From Candidatus Uhrbacteria bacterium (GTDB taxonomy: Bacteria; Patescibacteriota; Patescibacteriia; UBA9934): a DNA stretch of 64,000 bases. The notes below the pieces were generated by a model. The model saw only the letters and a program-made list of their open reading frames with translations. It did no database searches and had not been told where the DNA came from. Shown in pieces: positions 30,969-41,670 of this stretch. Location: NCBI GenBank assembly GCA_903827265.1, contig CAIKHN010000019.1, positions 11,814 to 75,813 of the forward strand, given 5' to 3'. The first letter of the stretch is position 1; each line of letters begins with the position of its first letter. Both the position numbers and the translations under genes were made by a program.

Positions 30969-31889
30969 TTACGACAAAAATCTTCGATACCACGAAATCG
31001 TCTCCCGAATGCCGTCTTCGATCTCTACAGTCGACCGCCAGAACATCGCCTTTTGAATTGCCGACGTATCCAAACTCATACATTTTACAGCGTCTTTCAC
31101 CTCAGGCCGTGGTGTTGGACGAACATCTGTACCAATCTCTTTCGCGACCATGTCAAACAACGCGCTCGTCGAAACTTCGCGACCGGTCCCCACGTTGTAC
31201 ACACCCGTTTCCTTGCACGCCGACGCCGCAATAAGTGCGGCGACAACGTCGAGTACAAACACGTAATCTCGAGTTGTTGCGCCGTCACCATTAAGAAATG
31301 GAGCTTCGTTTCGCAAGAGCTTTTCCGTAAAAATCGCGATCGCGCCGGCCTCCTTATTTCCGTACTGCCGAGGGCCGTAGACATTCGCAAACCTCAGCGA
31401 CACCGCGTGAATACCATCGCGCGTGGCATATGAATCCAAATACGCTTCTGCAGCAAACTTTGAAATTCCGTATGGAGTTTGCGGTCTTGCCTTTGCTGAT
31501 TCGGCAATAGGCATGACGTCCTGGAGTCCATATGCAGCACAGCTCGACGCAAAAACAATAGACCGCACACCTGCACGTTTTGCTGATTCAAAAACGTTAA
31601 TCGAACCAAGCTCATTGTGCTCGGCATTCATCATTGGATCGAGGACTGATGCGCGATCGTCGATATGCGCAGCAAGATGAAAAACGATATTTGGCGCAAT
31701 ATCGGCAATAATGCTCTCGAGCTTCTTGTCTCGAATATCACAATCGATGTACGTCGCCTTTGCGTTTCGACGATCTGGCGTCGGATCGGAAAAATCGATG
31801 ACAGTGACGACGTCACCACGATCGACAAGCGCATCGACGAGATGAGAGCCGATAAATCCGGATCCTCCGGTAACGAGCGTTTTTTGCAT
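30969..31889 (-). CDS. NAD-dependent epimerase/dehydratase (SDR family)
   Basis: MQKTLVTGGSGFIGSHLV Rossmann motif, with YxxxK region downstream. Confidence 0.8.
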   Translation of the reverse strand: MQKTLVTGGSGFIGSHLVDALVDRGDVVTVIDFSDPTPDRRNAKATYIDCDIRDKKLESIIADIAPNIVFHLAAHIDDRASVLDPMMNAEHNELGSINVFESAKRAGVRSIVFASSCAAYGLQDVMPIAESAKARPQTPYGISKFAAEAYLDSYATRDGIHAVSLRFANVYGPRQYGNKEAGAIAIFTEKLLRNEAPFLNGDGATTRDYVFVLDVVAALIAASACKETGVYNVGTGREVSTSALFDMVAKEIGTDVRPTPRPEVKDAVKCMSLDTSAIQKAMFWRSTVEIEDGIRETISWYRRFLS

Positions 31890-31929
31890 ATCCAATATTC
31901 AAGATTCAAGACCTGACCCCATCATTACA

Positions 31930-33042
31930 TTACTGATTCCGCACCTGCGCATCTGATCGAAGGTACGCCTCAATGTACGGAAGCAATTCCCCGTCGAGCA
32001 CAGCGTCCGTGTCCGACGTTTCAACGTCGGTGCGATGATCCTTCACCATTTTATACGGATGGAGGACGTAGCTACGAATTTGGTTGCCCCACGCCGCAGT
32101 CTTATGCTCGCCCTTAATATCCGAAAGTTTCTCCGCGCGCGCCGTCACCATAAGCTGAAAGAGCTTGGCTTTCAGCACGTTTAACGCGGTTTCTTTATTC
32201 TGCAATTGCGATCGCTCATTCTGACAGCTTACCGAAATTCCTGTCGGCAGATGCGTCACGCGAACCGCGCTATACGTAGTGTTCACCGACTGCCCGCCCT
32301 TACCGGACGAAAGGAACGTATCGATGCGCACGTCGTCCATATCAAGTTCAACCGTCGCCGCGTCCATCGCGTCGAATTCTGGAAGAACCTCAACGAGCGC
32401 AAACGTCGTGTGACGCATTTTCTCGCCGTCGAATGGTGAAATGCGCACCAAGCGATGCACACCAGCTTCCGATCGGAGGAATCCGTATCCATAGCGGCCG
32501 CGTACCGCAATCGTGACGCTCTTGTACCCCGCCTCTTCTCCACGCGATTCATCGAGAATATCAACAGCGAATCCTTTTCGCTCCGCAAAACGCATGAACA
32601 TACGGAGCAGCATCGCCACCCAATCATTTGCGTCAGTACCGCCGGCACCAGCGTGAATAGAAAGAATAGCGTTCTTTTTGTCGTACTCTCCAGAAAAAAG
32701 CATCTGAAATTCCATAGCCATGAATCGTTCTTCAAGTTCAGCAACAAGACGATCGACTTCATGCTTATCCTCTGCGCTCCCTTCTGATTCCGCCATTACC
32801 ACAATGTCGCGCGCTTCAGCGATCTGTTTTCCAATTGCGTCCCATGCCTCGACTTCCTTCTTTAGATCTGCAGCCTCTTGCGCGACTTTTCTTGCTCGCT
32901 CTTGATCATTCCAAAATCCAGGATCACTCATGTCACCCTCAAGCTCAACCGCTCGAGCGCGAGATGCCTCAAGCCCAAGCGCCACAACCGCAAGGGCATG
33001 GCGCTCTGCAAGATTCTTGAGTTTATCGTCCAAGATTGACAT
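31930..33042 (-). CDS. prfB: Peptide chain release factor 2
   Basis: SPF tripeptide (RISPFD) and GGQ (SGKGGQSVNTT). Contiguous ORF with no programmed +1 frameshift. The track's start at 33060 is a GTG extension; the ATG at 33042 gives MSILDDK. Confidence 0.9.
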   Translation of the reverse strand: MSILDDKLKNLAERHALAVVALGLEASRARAVELEGDMSDPGFWNDQERARKVAQEAADLKKEVEAWDAIGKQIAEARDIVVMAESEGSAEDKHEVDRLVAELEERFMAMEFQMLFSGEYDKKNAILSIHAGAGGTDANDWVAMLLRMFMRFAERKGFAVDILDESRGEEAGYKSVTIAVRGRYGYGFLRSEAGVHRLVRISPFDGEKMRHTTFALVEVLPEFDAMDAATVELDMDDVRIDTFLSSGKGGQSVNTTYSAVRVTHLPTGISVSCQNERSQLQNKETALNVLKAKLFQLMVTARAEKLSDIKGEHKTAAWGNQIRSYVLHPYKMVKDHRTDVETSDTDAVLDGELLPYIEAYLRSDAQVRNQ

Positions 33043-33065
33043 GCGGAGATAGAATATCACTCTCG

Positions 33066-34697
33066 TTAGTACATGTCCCCCATCCCTCCCCCAGCGCCAG
33101 CACTTTCCTTTTCGATTTTTGGAATTTCGGTAATCGCAGCTTCAGTCGTAAGAATCATCACCGCAACCGATGCCGCATTCTGCAGTGCCGATCGCGTCAC
33201 CTTTGCAGGATCGATAATGCCGACCGCGACCATATCCACGTCCTTATCTTCTGCAGCGTCCCAGCCGTTATTTCCGACCATCGCCTTTACTCGCTCAACA
33301 ATCACGCCGCCTTCATGACCAGCGTTCTCTGCAATTTGACGAAGTGGCGATTCAATCGCGCGACGAAGGATTCCGAGACCCAACGCGGCATCCCTATCTT
33401 TATCGCTATCAAGAATCATTGCATCGAGAACGGTTCCCGCTCGCAACAACGCCACACCACCACCAGCAACAATCCCTTCTTCGATCGCAGCCTTTGTTGC
33501 CGCAACAGCATCCTCAATACGATGTTTCTTCTCTTTCATCTCCACCTCACTTGCTGCGCCGACCTTGATGACAGCAACACCACCGGAGATCTTTGCCATG
33601 CGCTCACGGAACTTTTCTTTATCAAAGTCGGAATCTGAATTCTCGAGCTGCGCCTTAATGTTCACAACACGGTCGGCGATTGCCGCCTTATCACCAGCGC
33701 CTTCCACAATTGTCGTCGTATCTTTTGTTGAAATAACACGGCGCGCATGACCAAGATCTGCAAGCTCGAGCGTCTCAAACTTCATGCCGGTTTCTGGAGC
33801 AATGAACTTTGCACCAGTCACAATCGCAATGTCCTCAAGCATCGCTTTCCGACGATCGCCGTACGCTGGCGCCTTAATTGCGAGCACGTTCAGTGCGCCA
33901 CGAAGCTTGTTCAACACAAGCGCGGTCATTGCTTCGCCCTCAACGTCTTCTGCAATAATCACGAGGTCTTTTCGGCCGGTACCGAGCAGCTTCTCGAGAA
34001 TCGGCATCAGCGCTTGCATGCTGTTAATTTTTTCGCTTGTTACAAGCACAGGAACGTCGTTATACACGGCTTCCATGCGCTCAGAATTCGTCACCATGTA
34101 TGGCGACACATATCCCTTATCAAACTGCATGCCCTCAACGACATCAACTTCGATTCCGAAAGACTGACCCTCTTCGACGGTGATGACGCCGTTCTCGCTG
34201 ACCTTCTTCATTGCCTCTGCGATCATCTTGCCGATCTCAGGATCGTTCGCAGAAATAGATGCAACTTGTTCAATAGCATTTCCATGTACCGGAGTTGAAA
34301 TCTCTGCGATCTTTTTCACAATCGCTTCAACGCCCCTCTCGATTCCTCGTCGAAGCGCCTGAGAATTCACTCCAGCCGAAACTACGCGCAAGCCTTCCGC
34401 AATAATTGACTGCGCAAGGACGACGGCAGTTGTTGTTCCGTCACCGGCAACGTCGTTTGTTTTGCTTGCAGCTTCTTTAACGAGCGTTGCGCCAAGATTT
34501 TCAAGCTTATCGGCGAGCTCAACTTCCTTTGCGACAGACACGCCATCTTTTGTGACCATTGGCGAACCAAAACCACGATCGATAATGACTGTTCGTCCGC
34601 GTGGACCCATCGTCACCTTCACCGCGTTTGCCAACTGATCTGCGCCGTCTTTCATTTTCTTCCGAGCATCATCACTAAATACAATATTCTTTGCCAT
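33066..34697 (-). CDS. groL: Chaperonin GroEL
   Basis: [35 protein letters not shown]...AGGGMGDMY; the GGM tail is diagnostic. Confidence 0.97.
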   Translation of the reverse strand: MAKNIVFSDDARKKMKDGADQLANAVKVTMGPRGRTVIIDRGFGSPMVTKDGVSVAKEVELADKLENLGATLVKEAASKTNDVAGDGTTTAVVLAQSIIAEGLRVVSAGVNSQALRRGIERGVEAIVKKIAEISTPVHGNAIEQVASISANDPEIGKMIAEAMKKVSENGVITVEEGQSFGIEVDVVEGMQFDKGYVSPYMVTNSERMEAVYNDVPVLVTSEKINSMQALMPILEKLLGTGRKDLVIIAEDVEGEAMTALVLNKLRGALNVLAIKAPAYGDRRKAMLEDIAIVTGAKFIAPETGMKFETLELADLGHARRVISTKDTTTIVEGAGDKAAIADRVVNIKAQLENSDSDFDKEKFRERMAKISGGVAVIKVGAASEVEMKEKKHRIEDAVAATKAAIEEGIVAGGGVALLRAGTVLDAMILDSDKDRDAALGLGILRRAIESPLRQIAENAGHEGGVIVERVKAMVGNNGWDAAEDKDVDMVAVGIIDPAKVTRSALQNAASVAVMILTTEAAITEIPKIEKESAGAGGGMGDMY

Positions 34698-34701
34698 AAG
34701 G

Positions 34702-34986
34702 TTATTCGATAACGGCAGTAATGTCGTCGACGGAAACAATCAAGTATGTTTTGTTTTCGAGCTTCACCTCGTCTGGCGCGTATTGTTTAAACACCACAAT
34801 GTCGCCAATATTTACCTCAATCGGCTGACGATCTCCTTTCTCGAGTTTTCCTGGACCAACGGCGATCACTACGCCCTGACCCTGGCGCTTTTCACCCGCG
34901 TCAGGAAGATAAATCCCCGATGCTGTTTTTGTTTCTCTTTCCTGTGGCTCAACAATGATATGACCTCCAAGTGGGCGAAGTTTCAT
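34702..34986 (-). CDS. groS: Co-chaperonin GroES
   Basis: MKLRPLGGHIIVEPQERETKTASGIYLPD... 94 aa, immediately upstream of groEL. Confidence 0.95.
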   Translation of the reverse strand: MKLRPLGGHIIVEPQERETKTASGIYLPDAGEKRQGQGVVIAVGPGKLEKGDRQPIEVNIGDIVVFKQYAPDEVKLENKTYLIVSVDDITAVIE

Positions 34987-35018
34987 AGAGAAAAATGTGA
35001 AATCTTAACGTGCGCTAG

Positions 35019-35066
35019 CTTACCTTAATACCCTCCCCCTTTCAAAGGGGGAGTCGGAGGGGGTTG
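35019..35066. repeat. GC-rich palindromic repeat element, copy 1 (intergenic)
   Basis: CTCCCCCTTT-CAAA-GGGGGAG hairpin, flanked by GGAGGGGGTTGGAGCC. Its reverse complement aligns at about 85-90 percent identity with two elements inside valS. Confidence 0.7.
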
Positions 35067-35329
35067 GAGCCACAGGAATCTGACCCGATTCTTTGAAAAG
35101 GTCGTGACGGAATCGGAAACTGATCAGCCGAGTGGGAGATCCTCATTTTTGGAGGGCGCATGTCGTTTTTTCGACGTTTAAAACTTCGCATTACGTTGCG
35201 ATCTGAACCGAAAATTGACGAATCGTGATTTCGAATTCGAAAAATGCACCATCGCCAATCGCGCAAATCACTAAAATCGAACACCCCTACTCCCGGCTTT
35301 CGGCTTTCCCCTCATAACCATTCCAAGAA

Positions 35330-36673
35330 TCAGACCTGATCCGTCTCCCCCATTCTCATCATCATCGCCGATACAAACGCGATGAGTGCAAGACCAGACC
35401 ATGACGACCAGAGATAGTGATCAAAGAAACAAATCATGAGTATAACGTTTCCCATGCCAAATGCGTACAACGCATCGCGATGCGGGAATCGAGAAACGTT
35501 CGTCCATACAACATTCACCGCCCAACACAATGCCGCCACAAGACCAAGAAGCCCGAGCTCAGCAAGAATCAATAAAAATACATTGTGTACCGGTTGGTAA
35601 TCGAATGCATTCTTGCCGGGCTGAGTGTCAGAAAATGACAACACATACGAACCGAGTCCGCGGCCAACAAGAGGATTCGTTGCCGCCATAAATGGAACAA
35701 AATCCTCATACAATGCAACGCGCTCAATAAGAGAGCGTTCCTCGTTTACGCCACCACCGCGAATGCTCGATGCAAGATCGGTAAGATAAAATGACGCAAA
35801 AAGCGAACCAAACACGGCAATCATTCCGAGTATTGCCGCAACTGGACGAGCAATCTTCATGGAAGGAATCGACTTCACAACAAAGACCAACGTGAGCCCT
35901 ACAAACAACCCGAGGAATGCTGATCGCGATCCGGTAAGGAGCATCCCGAACATAAGAATAATCGTACCAATGCTTGTGAAGATGACGTGCTTCCGTTTTG
36001 TCCATTCACGTCGGACACTTGCCATTACGCCCCACCATGCGAAGAGCGCAACGCCAAGAAAACCACCAAAAACGTTTGGATGCGGGAAAGTTCCATACGC
36101 CCGAAGCACCCGTTCGCCATTCACCGTAAACACAGCGTCGCCGAGTTGCGCGGCATCACGAAATGCAAGACCAAACCACGAACTCGCAGGTGATGACCCT
36201 CCAAATACTTGAATAACACTCAGCGCCAGCGGAGCAAGTAGTGAAAGGACAAATGCGTAAAGTACGTGTCTCACGCTGACGCGATCAAGAAGAAGCGCAA
36301 AAAACACCATGAAAGCAAACAGGATATGCGCCGTCATTGCGAGTGAAAATACCGATCGATCCGCGAACGCCGTCCCGAGAACCGCAACAACGCAAACAAT
36401 TGCGCCCAATCGAACCGCAAGCTGATGCTTCTGCTGAATCGTAAACCATTTTCGGTCGAGAAGACTTCCGCCGATGACCGCGACCGCAAGAAGAACTTCC
36501 ACCGCGTACAGACTCATTACGCCAAACTCCGTGTGCGTTCCCGCAATCTGCGCCTCGCTATACATCCATCGCGTTTGCCAAGGCAGGAGAAAGATCACTA
36601 CCGAGAGAAACAGTGTCGTCCAATTGGGAAAGAAGCGATTCATACGCCTGAAGGATTTCGTGACGACGATCAT
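35330..36673 (-). CDS. O-antigen ligase / Wzy_C-domain polytopic membrane protein
   Basis: At least 10 predicted TM helices. Large loop with GTFPHPN and GSRSA motifs characteristic of the WaaL/O-antigen-polymerase family. Confidence 0.65.
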   Translation of the reverse strand: MIVVTKSFRRMNRFFPNWTTLFLSVVIFLLPWQTRWMYSEAQIAGTHTEFGVMSLYAVEVLLAVAVIGGSLLDRKWFTIQQKHQLAVRLGAIVCVVAVLGTAFADRSVFSLAMTAHILFAFMVFFALLLDRVSVRHVLYAFVLSLLAPLALSVIQVFGGSSPASSWFGLAFRDAAQLGDAVFTVNGERVLRAYGTFPHPNVFGGFLGVALFAWWGVMASVRREWTKRKHVIFTSIGTIILMFGMLLTGSRSAFLGLFVGLTLVFVVKSIPSMKIARPVAAILGMIAVFGSLFASFYLTDLASSIRGGGVNEERSLIERVALYEDFVPFMAATNPLVGRGLGSYVLSFSDTQPGKNAFDYQPVHNVFLLILAELGLLGLVAALCWAVNVVWTNVSRFPHRDALYAFGMGNVILMICFFDHYLWSSWSGLALIAFVSAMMMRMGETDQV

Positions 36674-37511
36674 TATGATGAAATTTTAACATGCTATCCG
36701 TTACAACAACTCGAGTATCCGCATTCATCATTGTTCGAAGATTTAGCGGGAATCGCGCACGCTGCATGCGTTCAGCAATGCGCTCGATGCCACGAACATT
36801 CGGCAGTACACACACTCCCTCAACGCGATACGCCTGTGCGCGAAGCACGCTACGTGCATGCGGAAGCGTAGGGCGCATCCATCCGTTTGCTGCACGAAGT
36901 TTTGAAAGAATGTCGCTACGATCGAGTATCGGCGAGAGTGTTGCGAGCCAAAATAGAAAGTATGGATCGTCTGAACCAATTTTTACCGCCGATAAATCTA
37001 ACCGGTCATCTGCAACAAAAAAGCTTAAGCACATTGGGTCTTTTGCGCGTTCACCTGGGCGCGCATGCATGAGCGCAAGCGCCCCGGCGAGAAGCAACCG
37101 CGTCGACCAAATTCCGCCGCGAGATGTCACGATAAACACATCAATATCGCTCTCTGCATTCGTAAAAGAAAATGCGAGCGAATTACACACCGCGATCATC
37201 TTCACCCACGGAAGCCATGATGCTATCCGTACAAACCATTGTGCACGTCGAGACTTTCGCAGCGCGTCCCCCACTCGAGTAATGCGTTCCGTTCGCCACA
37301 CACAAGTATTGCCAAGAGCAAAAAATCCCTGATCCTGAACGCATCCGTGTTTCTGAAGCCACAAAGACGACGTTAACACGCCATCAATATCCACGAGCGT
37401 TGCTCCCGGAAGATCGCACCATTTCCACACCTCAAGCGCCGTCAGCGGGAACTGAAAAAATGCAAAATACGCCAATACCCGAAACGCCGACTGTTCGATT
37501 GGCGTCGGCAT
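36558..37511 (-). CDS. Hypothetical protein with a possible nucleotidyltransferase-fold motif (SFTNAESDIDVFIVT)
   Basis: ORF. A G-S...D-I-D-like motif. Overlaps the 5' end of the downstream ligase-like gene ORF as drawn. Confidence 0.4.
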   Translation of the reverse strand: MPTPIEQSAFRVLAYFAFFQFPLTALEVWKWCDLPGATLVDIDGVLTSSLWLQKHGCVQDQGFFALGNTCVWRTERITRVGDALRKSRRAQWFVRIASWLPWVKMIAVCNSLAFSFTNAESDIDVFIVTSRGGIWSTRLLLAGALALMHARPGERAKDPMCLSFFVADDRLDLSAVKIGSDDPYFLFWLATLSPILDRSDILSKLRAANGWMRPTLPHARSVLRAQAYRVEGVCVLPNVRGIERIAERMQRARFPLNLRTMMNADTRVVVTDSMLKFHHNDRRHEILQAYESLLSQLDDTVSLGSDLSPALANAMDV

Positions 37512-37514
37512 ACA

Positions 37515-38528
37515 TTACCGTATTTTCTTGAGTACCCATCCGGATCCTGTACGAATCATGTGGAATACTCCAAAGAGAATAAACACGGCATCGCGCAAAC
37601 GGATCATCAGTGCAAATGCTAGTGCGTCCATTGGAACGCCGAGCGCTGCAAAAACCGCAGTAAATCCGCCCTCAAAGATTCCAAGACCGCCAGGAACCGG
37701 AAGAATCAGCGCGAGCCCCGGAAGCGAGCTTGCAAGAAATGCTTGAGCAAAGTTGAGCGTTACGCCAAAACCCCACGCAATATAAAGCGTCTCCACGACA
37801 CGAAACGCTACCATCGCCATGGAAAGCGCCGAGATCCCAAGAACCACGAGCCCTCCGCCAGCAAAAAAACCACGCATTAAGTCCTCTGTCTCCTCGAGCC
37901 AGTGTTCGACGCCACGGAAACGCTTCACGCGATCAAGTCGCAAACGGTGAAATAACGGTTTTGCCATTGGCTTCCCTCGGCCAAGTGCCGTGAAAAATGC
38001 GAGCAACAAACTAAACGCAATCGCCAAACCCACGGCCATAACCCACAACGTTCCAGCTCCGCCCTGATGCTCGACCAGCGCAAAAATCACGCCAAGCGCA
38101 ATAAAGACTACGTACGAACACAGTTCAAACGCAATATCGAGGGTTGCCGATGCAACAGCGCTCTTTCCTGGAACGCCGTCGGCCATTAACAGCGCAACAC
38201 GAACAGGCTCGCCGCCAGCTTGATTGAGAGGCGTCAGGTAGCCAACGGCGTATCCCGTCATGCGGTGCCAGTACATGCGCCAAATAGAAAGCCTGTGCTT
38301 CTTCTCCGTCACCTGACGATGAAGAATAATCGTCCACCGTAAGCTGTAGAGCGTGAAGTTCAGCATTGAGATGCCAACAAGACCAACAAATGGCCACGCG
38401 CCAAACGTGCTCATGTTTTGCAGGACGTTTGCCCAACCTTCTTTTGCAAGAAGTGTGTACAAGAGCCCAACGCCAAGGAAACCACTCGCAAGAATCCCGA
38501 GAAGACGCCACGGAACACGTTTGGCCAT
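37515..38528 (-). CDS. Flippase-like / lysyl-PG-synthase-TM-family (UPF0104-type) integral membrane protein
   Basis: About 8 predicted TM helices. The overall pattern resembles PF03706-type proteins. The motif evidence is weak. Confidence 0.45.
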   Translation of the reverse strand: MAKRVPWRLLGILASGFLGVGLLYTLLAKEGWANVLQNMSTFGAWPFVGLVGISMLNFTLYSLRWTIILHRQVTEKKHRLSIWRMYWHRMTGYAVGYLTPLNQAGGEPVRVALLMADGVPGKSAVASATLDIAFELCSYVVFIALGVIFALVEHQGGAGTLWVMAVGLAIAFSLLLAFFTALGRGKPMAKPLFHRLRLDRVKRFRGVEHWLEETEDLMRGFFAGGGLVVLGISALSMAMVAFRVVETLYIAWGFGVTLNFAQAFLASSLPGLALILPVPGGLGIFEGGFTAVFAALGVPMDALAFALMIRLRDAVFILFGVFHMIRTGSGWVLKKIR

Positions 38529-38545
38529 AATGCTGGCATTGTACC

Positions 38546-39277
38546 TTACTCAAGCGAACTCTTCTTTGGACTCAAGAATAGGGCGTACATTGCGTAGGTA
38601 AACGCGGTGCTCACAAAAATATAGAGCGTAACGCCGCCAACGAGCGTAGTGACACCAAGCACAAGCATCATGACTGGAAGCAAATACACCATCATCTTGT
38701 TCATGGTTGCTGTCATGTCTTCATCGAGTGCAGGACTTGAACCGCGAACCGCAGCAGGTGGACGACGAGTAATCATTTGCTTTGCCTGGAAGTACTGACA
38801 CACCGCGGAAAGCACCGCGAGTGGAATAGAAACTTTTCCGAGATCGATTCCCAAAAAGATTGGCGACATCGTCCCAGGATTCGATACAAAGCCGTAGAGA
38901 ATCGTCGGATCGATCGTGTGAATACCAGCAGCAAGCGCACGATACAGCGCAATGAAGACGAAGAGCTGCACGATTGTCGGCAAGCATGATGCAAATGGAT
39001 TCACGTTGTGTACTTTGTATACACTCATGAGTTCCTTTGCCATGGTTTCTTTGTCGTCCTTGTATTTCTCCTTAATCTCTGCAATTTTCGGCTGAATATC
39101 TTGAAGCTCCTTCTGCGCCTTCATCGACTTGTATGTGAGTGGCAACACGGCGCCCTTCACAAGAATCGTCATGGCGATAATCGAAAGACCAAGTCCGCCC
39201 CACGGAGCGATGTCGTAAATGAATACGAGCAAGTTATAGAGCGGCTGATACAGAATAGTGAAGAAGAAAGAAGCCAT
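38546..39277 (-). CDS. yidC: Membrane protein insertase YidC/Oxa1 (short form)
   Basis: LLVFIYDI...GLSIIAMTILVKGAVLPLTYKSMKAQKELQDIQPKIAEIKEKYKDD...NPFASCLPTIVQLFVFIALY. Confidence 0.85.
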   Translation of the reverse strand: MASFFFTILYQPLYNLLVFIYDIAPWGGLGLSIIAMTILVKGAVLPLTYKSMKAQKELQDIQPKIAEIKEKYKDDKETMAKELMSVYKVHNVNPFASCLPTIVQLFVFIALYRALAAGIHTIDPTILYGFVSNPGTMSPIFLGIDLGKVSIPLAVLSAVCQYFQAKQMITRRPPAAVRGSSPALDEDMTATMNKMMVYLLPVMMLVLGVTTLVGGVTLYIFVSTAFTYAMYALFLSPKKSSLE

Positions 39278-39279
39278 AG

Positions 39280-40506
39280 TTATTCAGCAACAACTGAAGA
39301 CTCGACTGAATCGTCAGCAGGAACTTCAACCGGAGCAACAGCGCCGTCTGCCTGACGTTCCTGAATATTCACTTTCCATCCGGTCAACTTTGCCGCCAGG
39401 CGCACGTTCTGGCCGCCTCGGCCAATCGCGAGCGACAACTGATCGCTTGGAACCACAACGATTGCTGCGTGCTCTGTTTCATCCAGGTTCACCTCGAGAA
39501 CCTTTGCTGGAGAAAGCGAGTGCGTAATAAGCTCTCGAGCATTTTCGCTCCACTGAATAATGTCGATCTTCTCACCAGAAAGTTCGCTGGTAATGGTCTG
39601 AATACGGCTTCCACGCTGACCAATACATGCACCGATTGGATCGATTCCTGCATCAGTTGATGCGACGGCAATTTTTGTACGAGCACCTGCCTCACGAGCA
39701 ATCGCCTTAATAACCACCGTGCCTTCCGCAACTTCTGGGATTTCAACCATGAACAACTTTCGAACAAGCTCTTCGCTCGTTCGAGAAAGCAAAATCTGCG
39801 CACCGCGAGCACCAAGCGACACTTCGCGAACATAAAATTTCAATCGATCGCCCGAACGATATCGCTCTGTTGGCATCGCATCTTCCGGTTTGATGATTCC
39901 TGCAGTACGCCCAATATCGACAAGAATAATGCGACCTTCACGACGCTGAACTGTTCCAACGATCACATCACCTTCAACGCCTTTAAACTCATTGAAGATA
40001 ATTTCACGCTCTGCTTCACGAAGCTTTTGCGTAATAACCTGTTTTGCAGTCATTGCCGCCATTCGACCAAACTCCACAGCCTGCGGAAGCTCTGTACGCA
40101 ACACATCTCCAACCTTCGCGCCCATTTTCATGAGCTGCGCATCAGAAATCATGATGTCGGTCTTTGGATTGAATTTTGGTGCAATTTCGTCCACCGGCGC
40201 TTCCGTTGGTGGCATAAAGTCTCCCAAAGCCTTCATTGCTTCGCGACGAGCCGATTCCTCTGCCTCAATCTTCTTCACCTCTTCCATTTCCTCTGGAGTA
40301 ATGTCCGCAACCACCGTTTTCACATCGAAAATTCTGGCCAAGCCAGTTTCTGTATCAAACTTCGCCTCAAGATTGTGATACTTGTCGCCAAAATCCTTGC
40401 GGTACGCCGCCGCCAATGCAGATTCGATCGTTGCCATGACACTTTCGTAACTCAAGCCTTTCTCGTCACAAATCTGACGCATCGCTAACTCGATTGCACT
40501 TGCCAT
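39280..40506 (-). CDS. nusA: Transcription termination/antitermination factor NusA
   Basis: N-terminal domain, S1 region and two KH domains (GACIGQRGSRIQTITSELSGEKIDIIQW). Confidence 0.9.
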   Translation of the reverse strand: MASAIELAMRQICDEKGLSYESVMATIESALAAAYRKDFGDKYHNLEAKFDTETGLARIFDVKTVVADITPEEMEEVKKIEAEESARREAMKALGDFMPPTEAPVDEIAPKFNPKTDIMISDAQLMKMGAKVGDVLRTELPQAVEFGRMAAMTAKQVITQKLREAEREIIFNEFKGVEGDVIVGTVQRREGRIILVDIGRTAGIIKPEDAMPTERYRSGDRLKFYVREVSLGARGAQILLSRTSEELVRKLFMVEIPEVAEGTVVIKAIAREAGARTKIAVASTDAGIDPIGACIGQRGSRIQTITSELSGEKIDIIQWSENARELITHSLSPAKVLEVNLDETEHAAIVVVPSDQLSLAIGRGGQNVRLAAKLTGWKVNIQERQADGAVAPVEVPADDSVESSVVAE

Positions 40507-40647
40507 AAAAGATTGTTCTTCAATTGTTTAAGATGAAAACCTGGCATTTCGGCCAGGTTTCAACATGGAAAAAGGATACCACAGCCCGATCGACTACGCA
40601 ATATTTGTCGCGATTTTATGCGGAAGGATTTCTTCGAACCGGGCTAC

Positions 40648-40682
40648 CAACCCTAAGCGTTGACCAACCCTTAGGATTGAAC
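40648..40682. repeat. 35-bp hairpin-forming repeat, copy A
   Basis: CAACCCTAAGCGTTGACCAACCCTTAGGATTGAAC. Stem AACCCTAAG/CTTAGGGTT with a 12-nt loop containing TTGACC. Confidence 0.75.
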
Positions 40683-40701
40683 AATCAAACGTCGCTTGTC
40701 T

Positions 40702-41643
40702 CTAACTTTGAAGCCTTTGTATTCCTCGCTGTACCCTCGATTCAATATCAATCTGCTCTAAACTCTGTGCAATGAAATCAAAACGACTTAAAGGATTCGA
40801 AGAATAGACTTCGGCAACGATTTGAAAATATTCCTGCATTTCTGATTTTTGTTTCTCCTTCTCATCTACACCAGGAAATGTGTTGATGCACGCAAGGACT
40901 TCTTGCACAGTCGATGTTTGACCAACATCTTTCATCCCAAGAAAAACCCACAATTGAGAAAGCGCCATCATGAATCGTTGCTTCGATTCCTCAACACGCA
41001 GAGCAACCATCTTTTGGAGTACTTCTGACGTTGCAATAGCACCGTCCGTCTTTCGCAACGCTATCGTCCACACCCGATCAGCTTTCACCGTACGATTATG
41101 GTTCGATTCGATTCGTGAAAAAAGTATTTCCAAATCATGAAGATCGAACAATGTATCAAGATACCCGGGATATGCATTGTCATCTCGGGTTGCCGGAATA
41201 TCTGGAAAATGCAAAATAACAATCGCTCCGGGTTTTAATTTTTGTTCGATTGAAGCGCCGTACGCCCTACGCTGCGCCACAGGAATATAACTCGATGTCC
41301 CATAATCAATATACCCATCAAGCGAACCGCCTGGCACAGATGCAACGACGTCCTCAATGGGTTGCTGTTGGACATCGATATTCCCCCTCCCTTCACCGAT
41401 TCGCGCTTTCAACGCTGCGGCAATAGTTGAGTCATTCTCAACGGCGGTCACGGAATATCCTTTTTTTGCACAATATATTGTATTTCGCCCTAATCCTGCG
41501 CCAGCGTCGATAATTTTTCCTGTCGTAATTCCTTGCGCACGCAAAAAATCCGCCATCAGCTCAACGTAATCTGATTGCCTTTCGCTTGCCTGTTCAAGAG
41601 TAAGTTCAGCTTCTGCAACCCATTCCGGAAAGTACTTTTCCAT
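40702..41643 (-). CDS. SAM-dependent methyltransferase-domain protein with a C-terminal extension of unknown function
   Basis: Motif I IDAGAGLGRNTIY. Bracketed on both sides by the 35-bp repeat. Confidence 0.6.
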   Translation of the reverse strand: MEKYFPEWVAEAELTLEQASERQSDYVELMADFLRAQGITTGKIIDAGAGLGRNTIYCAKKGYSVTAVENDSTIAAALKARIGEGRGNIDVQQQPIEDVVASVPGGSLDGYIDYGTSSYIPVAQRRAYGASIEQKLKPGAIVILHFPDIPATRDDNAYPGYLDTLFDLHDLEILFSRIESNHNRTVKADRVWTIALRKTDGAIATSEVLQKMVALRVEESKQRFMMALSQLWVFLGMKDVGQTSTVQEVLACINTFPGVDEKEKQKSEMQEYFQIVAEVYSSNPLSRFDFIAQSLEQIDIESRVQRGIQRLQS

Positions 41644-41670
41644 ATGCCAGTATTCTACCGCAATTCATTT

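Noticed and set aside
33073-34362. Plus-strand ORFs inside groEL (for example 33747-34298 at 183 aa, and 33784-34167)
   Set aside because: They are antisense to GroEL, one of the most confidently identified genes in the window.
34987-35330. CIRCE heat-shock operator (TTAGCACTC-N9-GAGTGCTAA) upstream of groES
   Set aside because: I searched the groES upstream region on both strands and found only a partial ...TTAACGTGCGCTAGC... with no inverted-repeat match. The prominent hairpin there belongs to the GC-rich repeat family.
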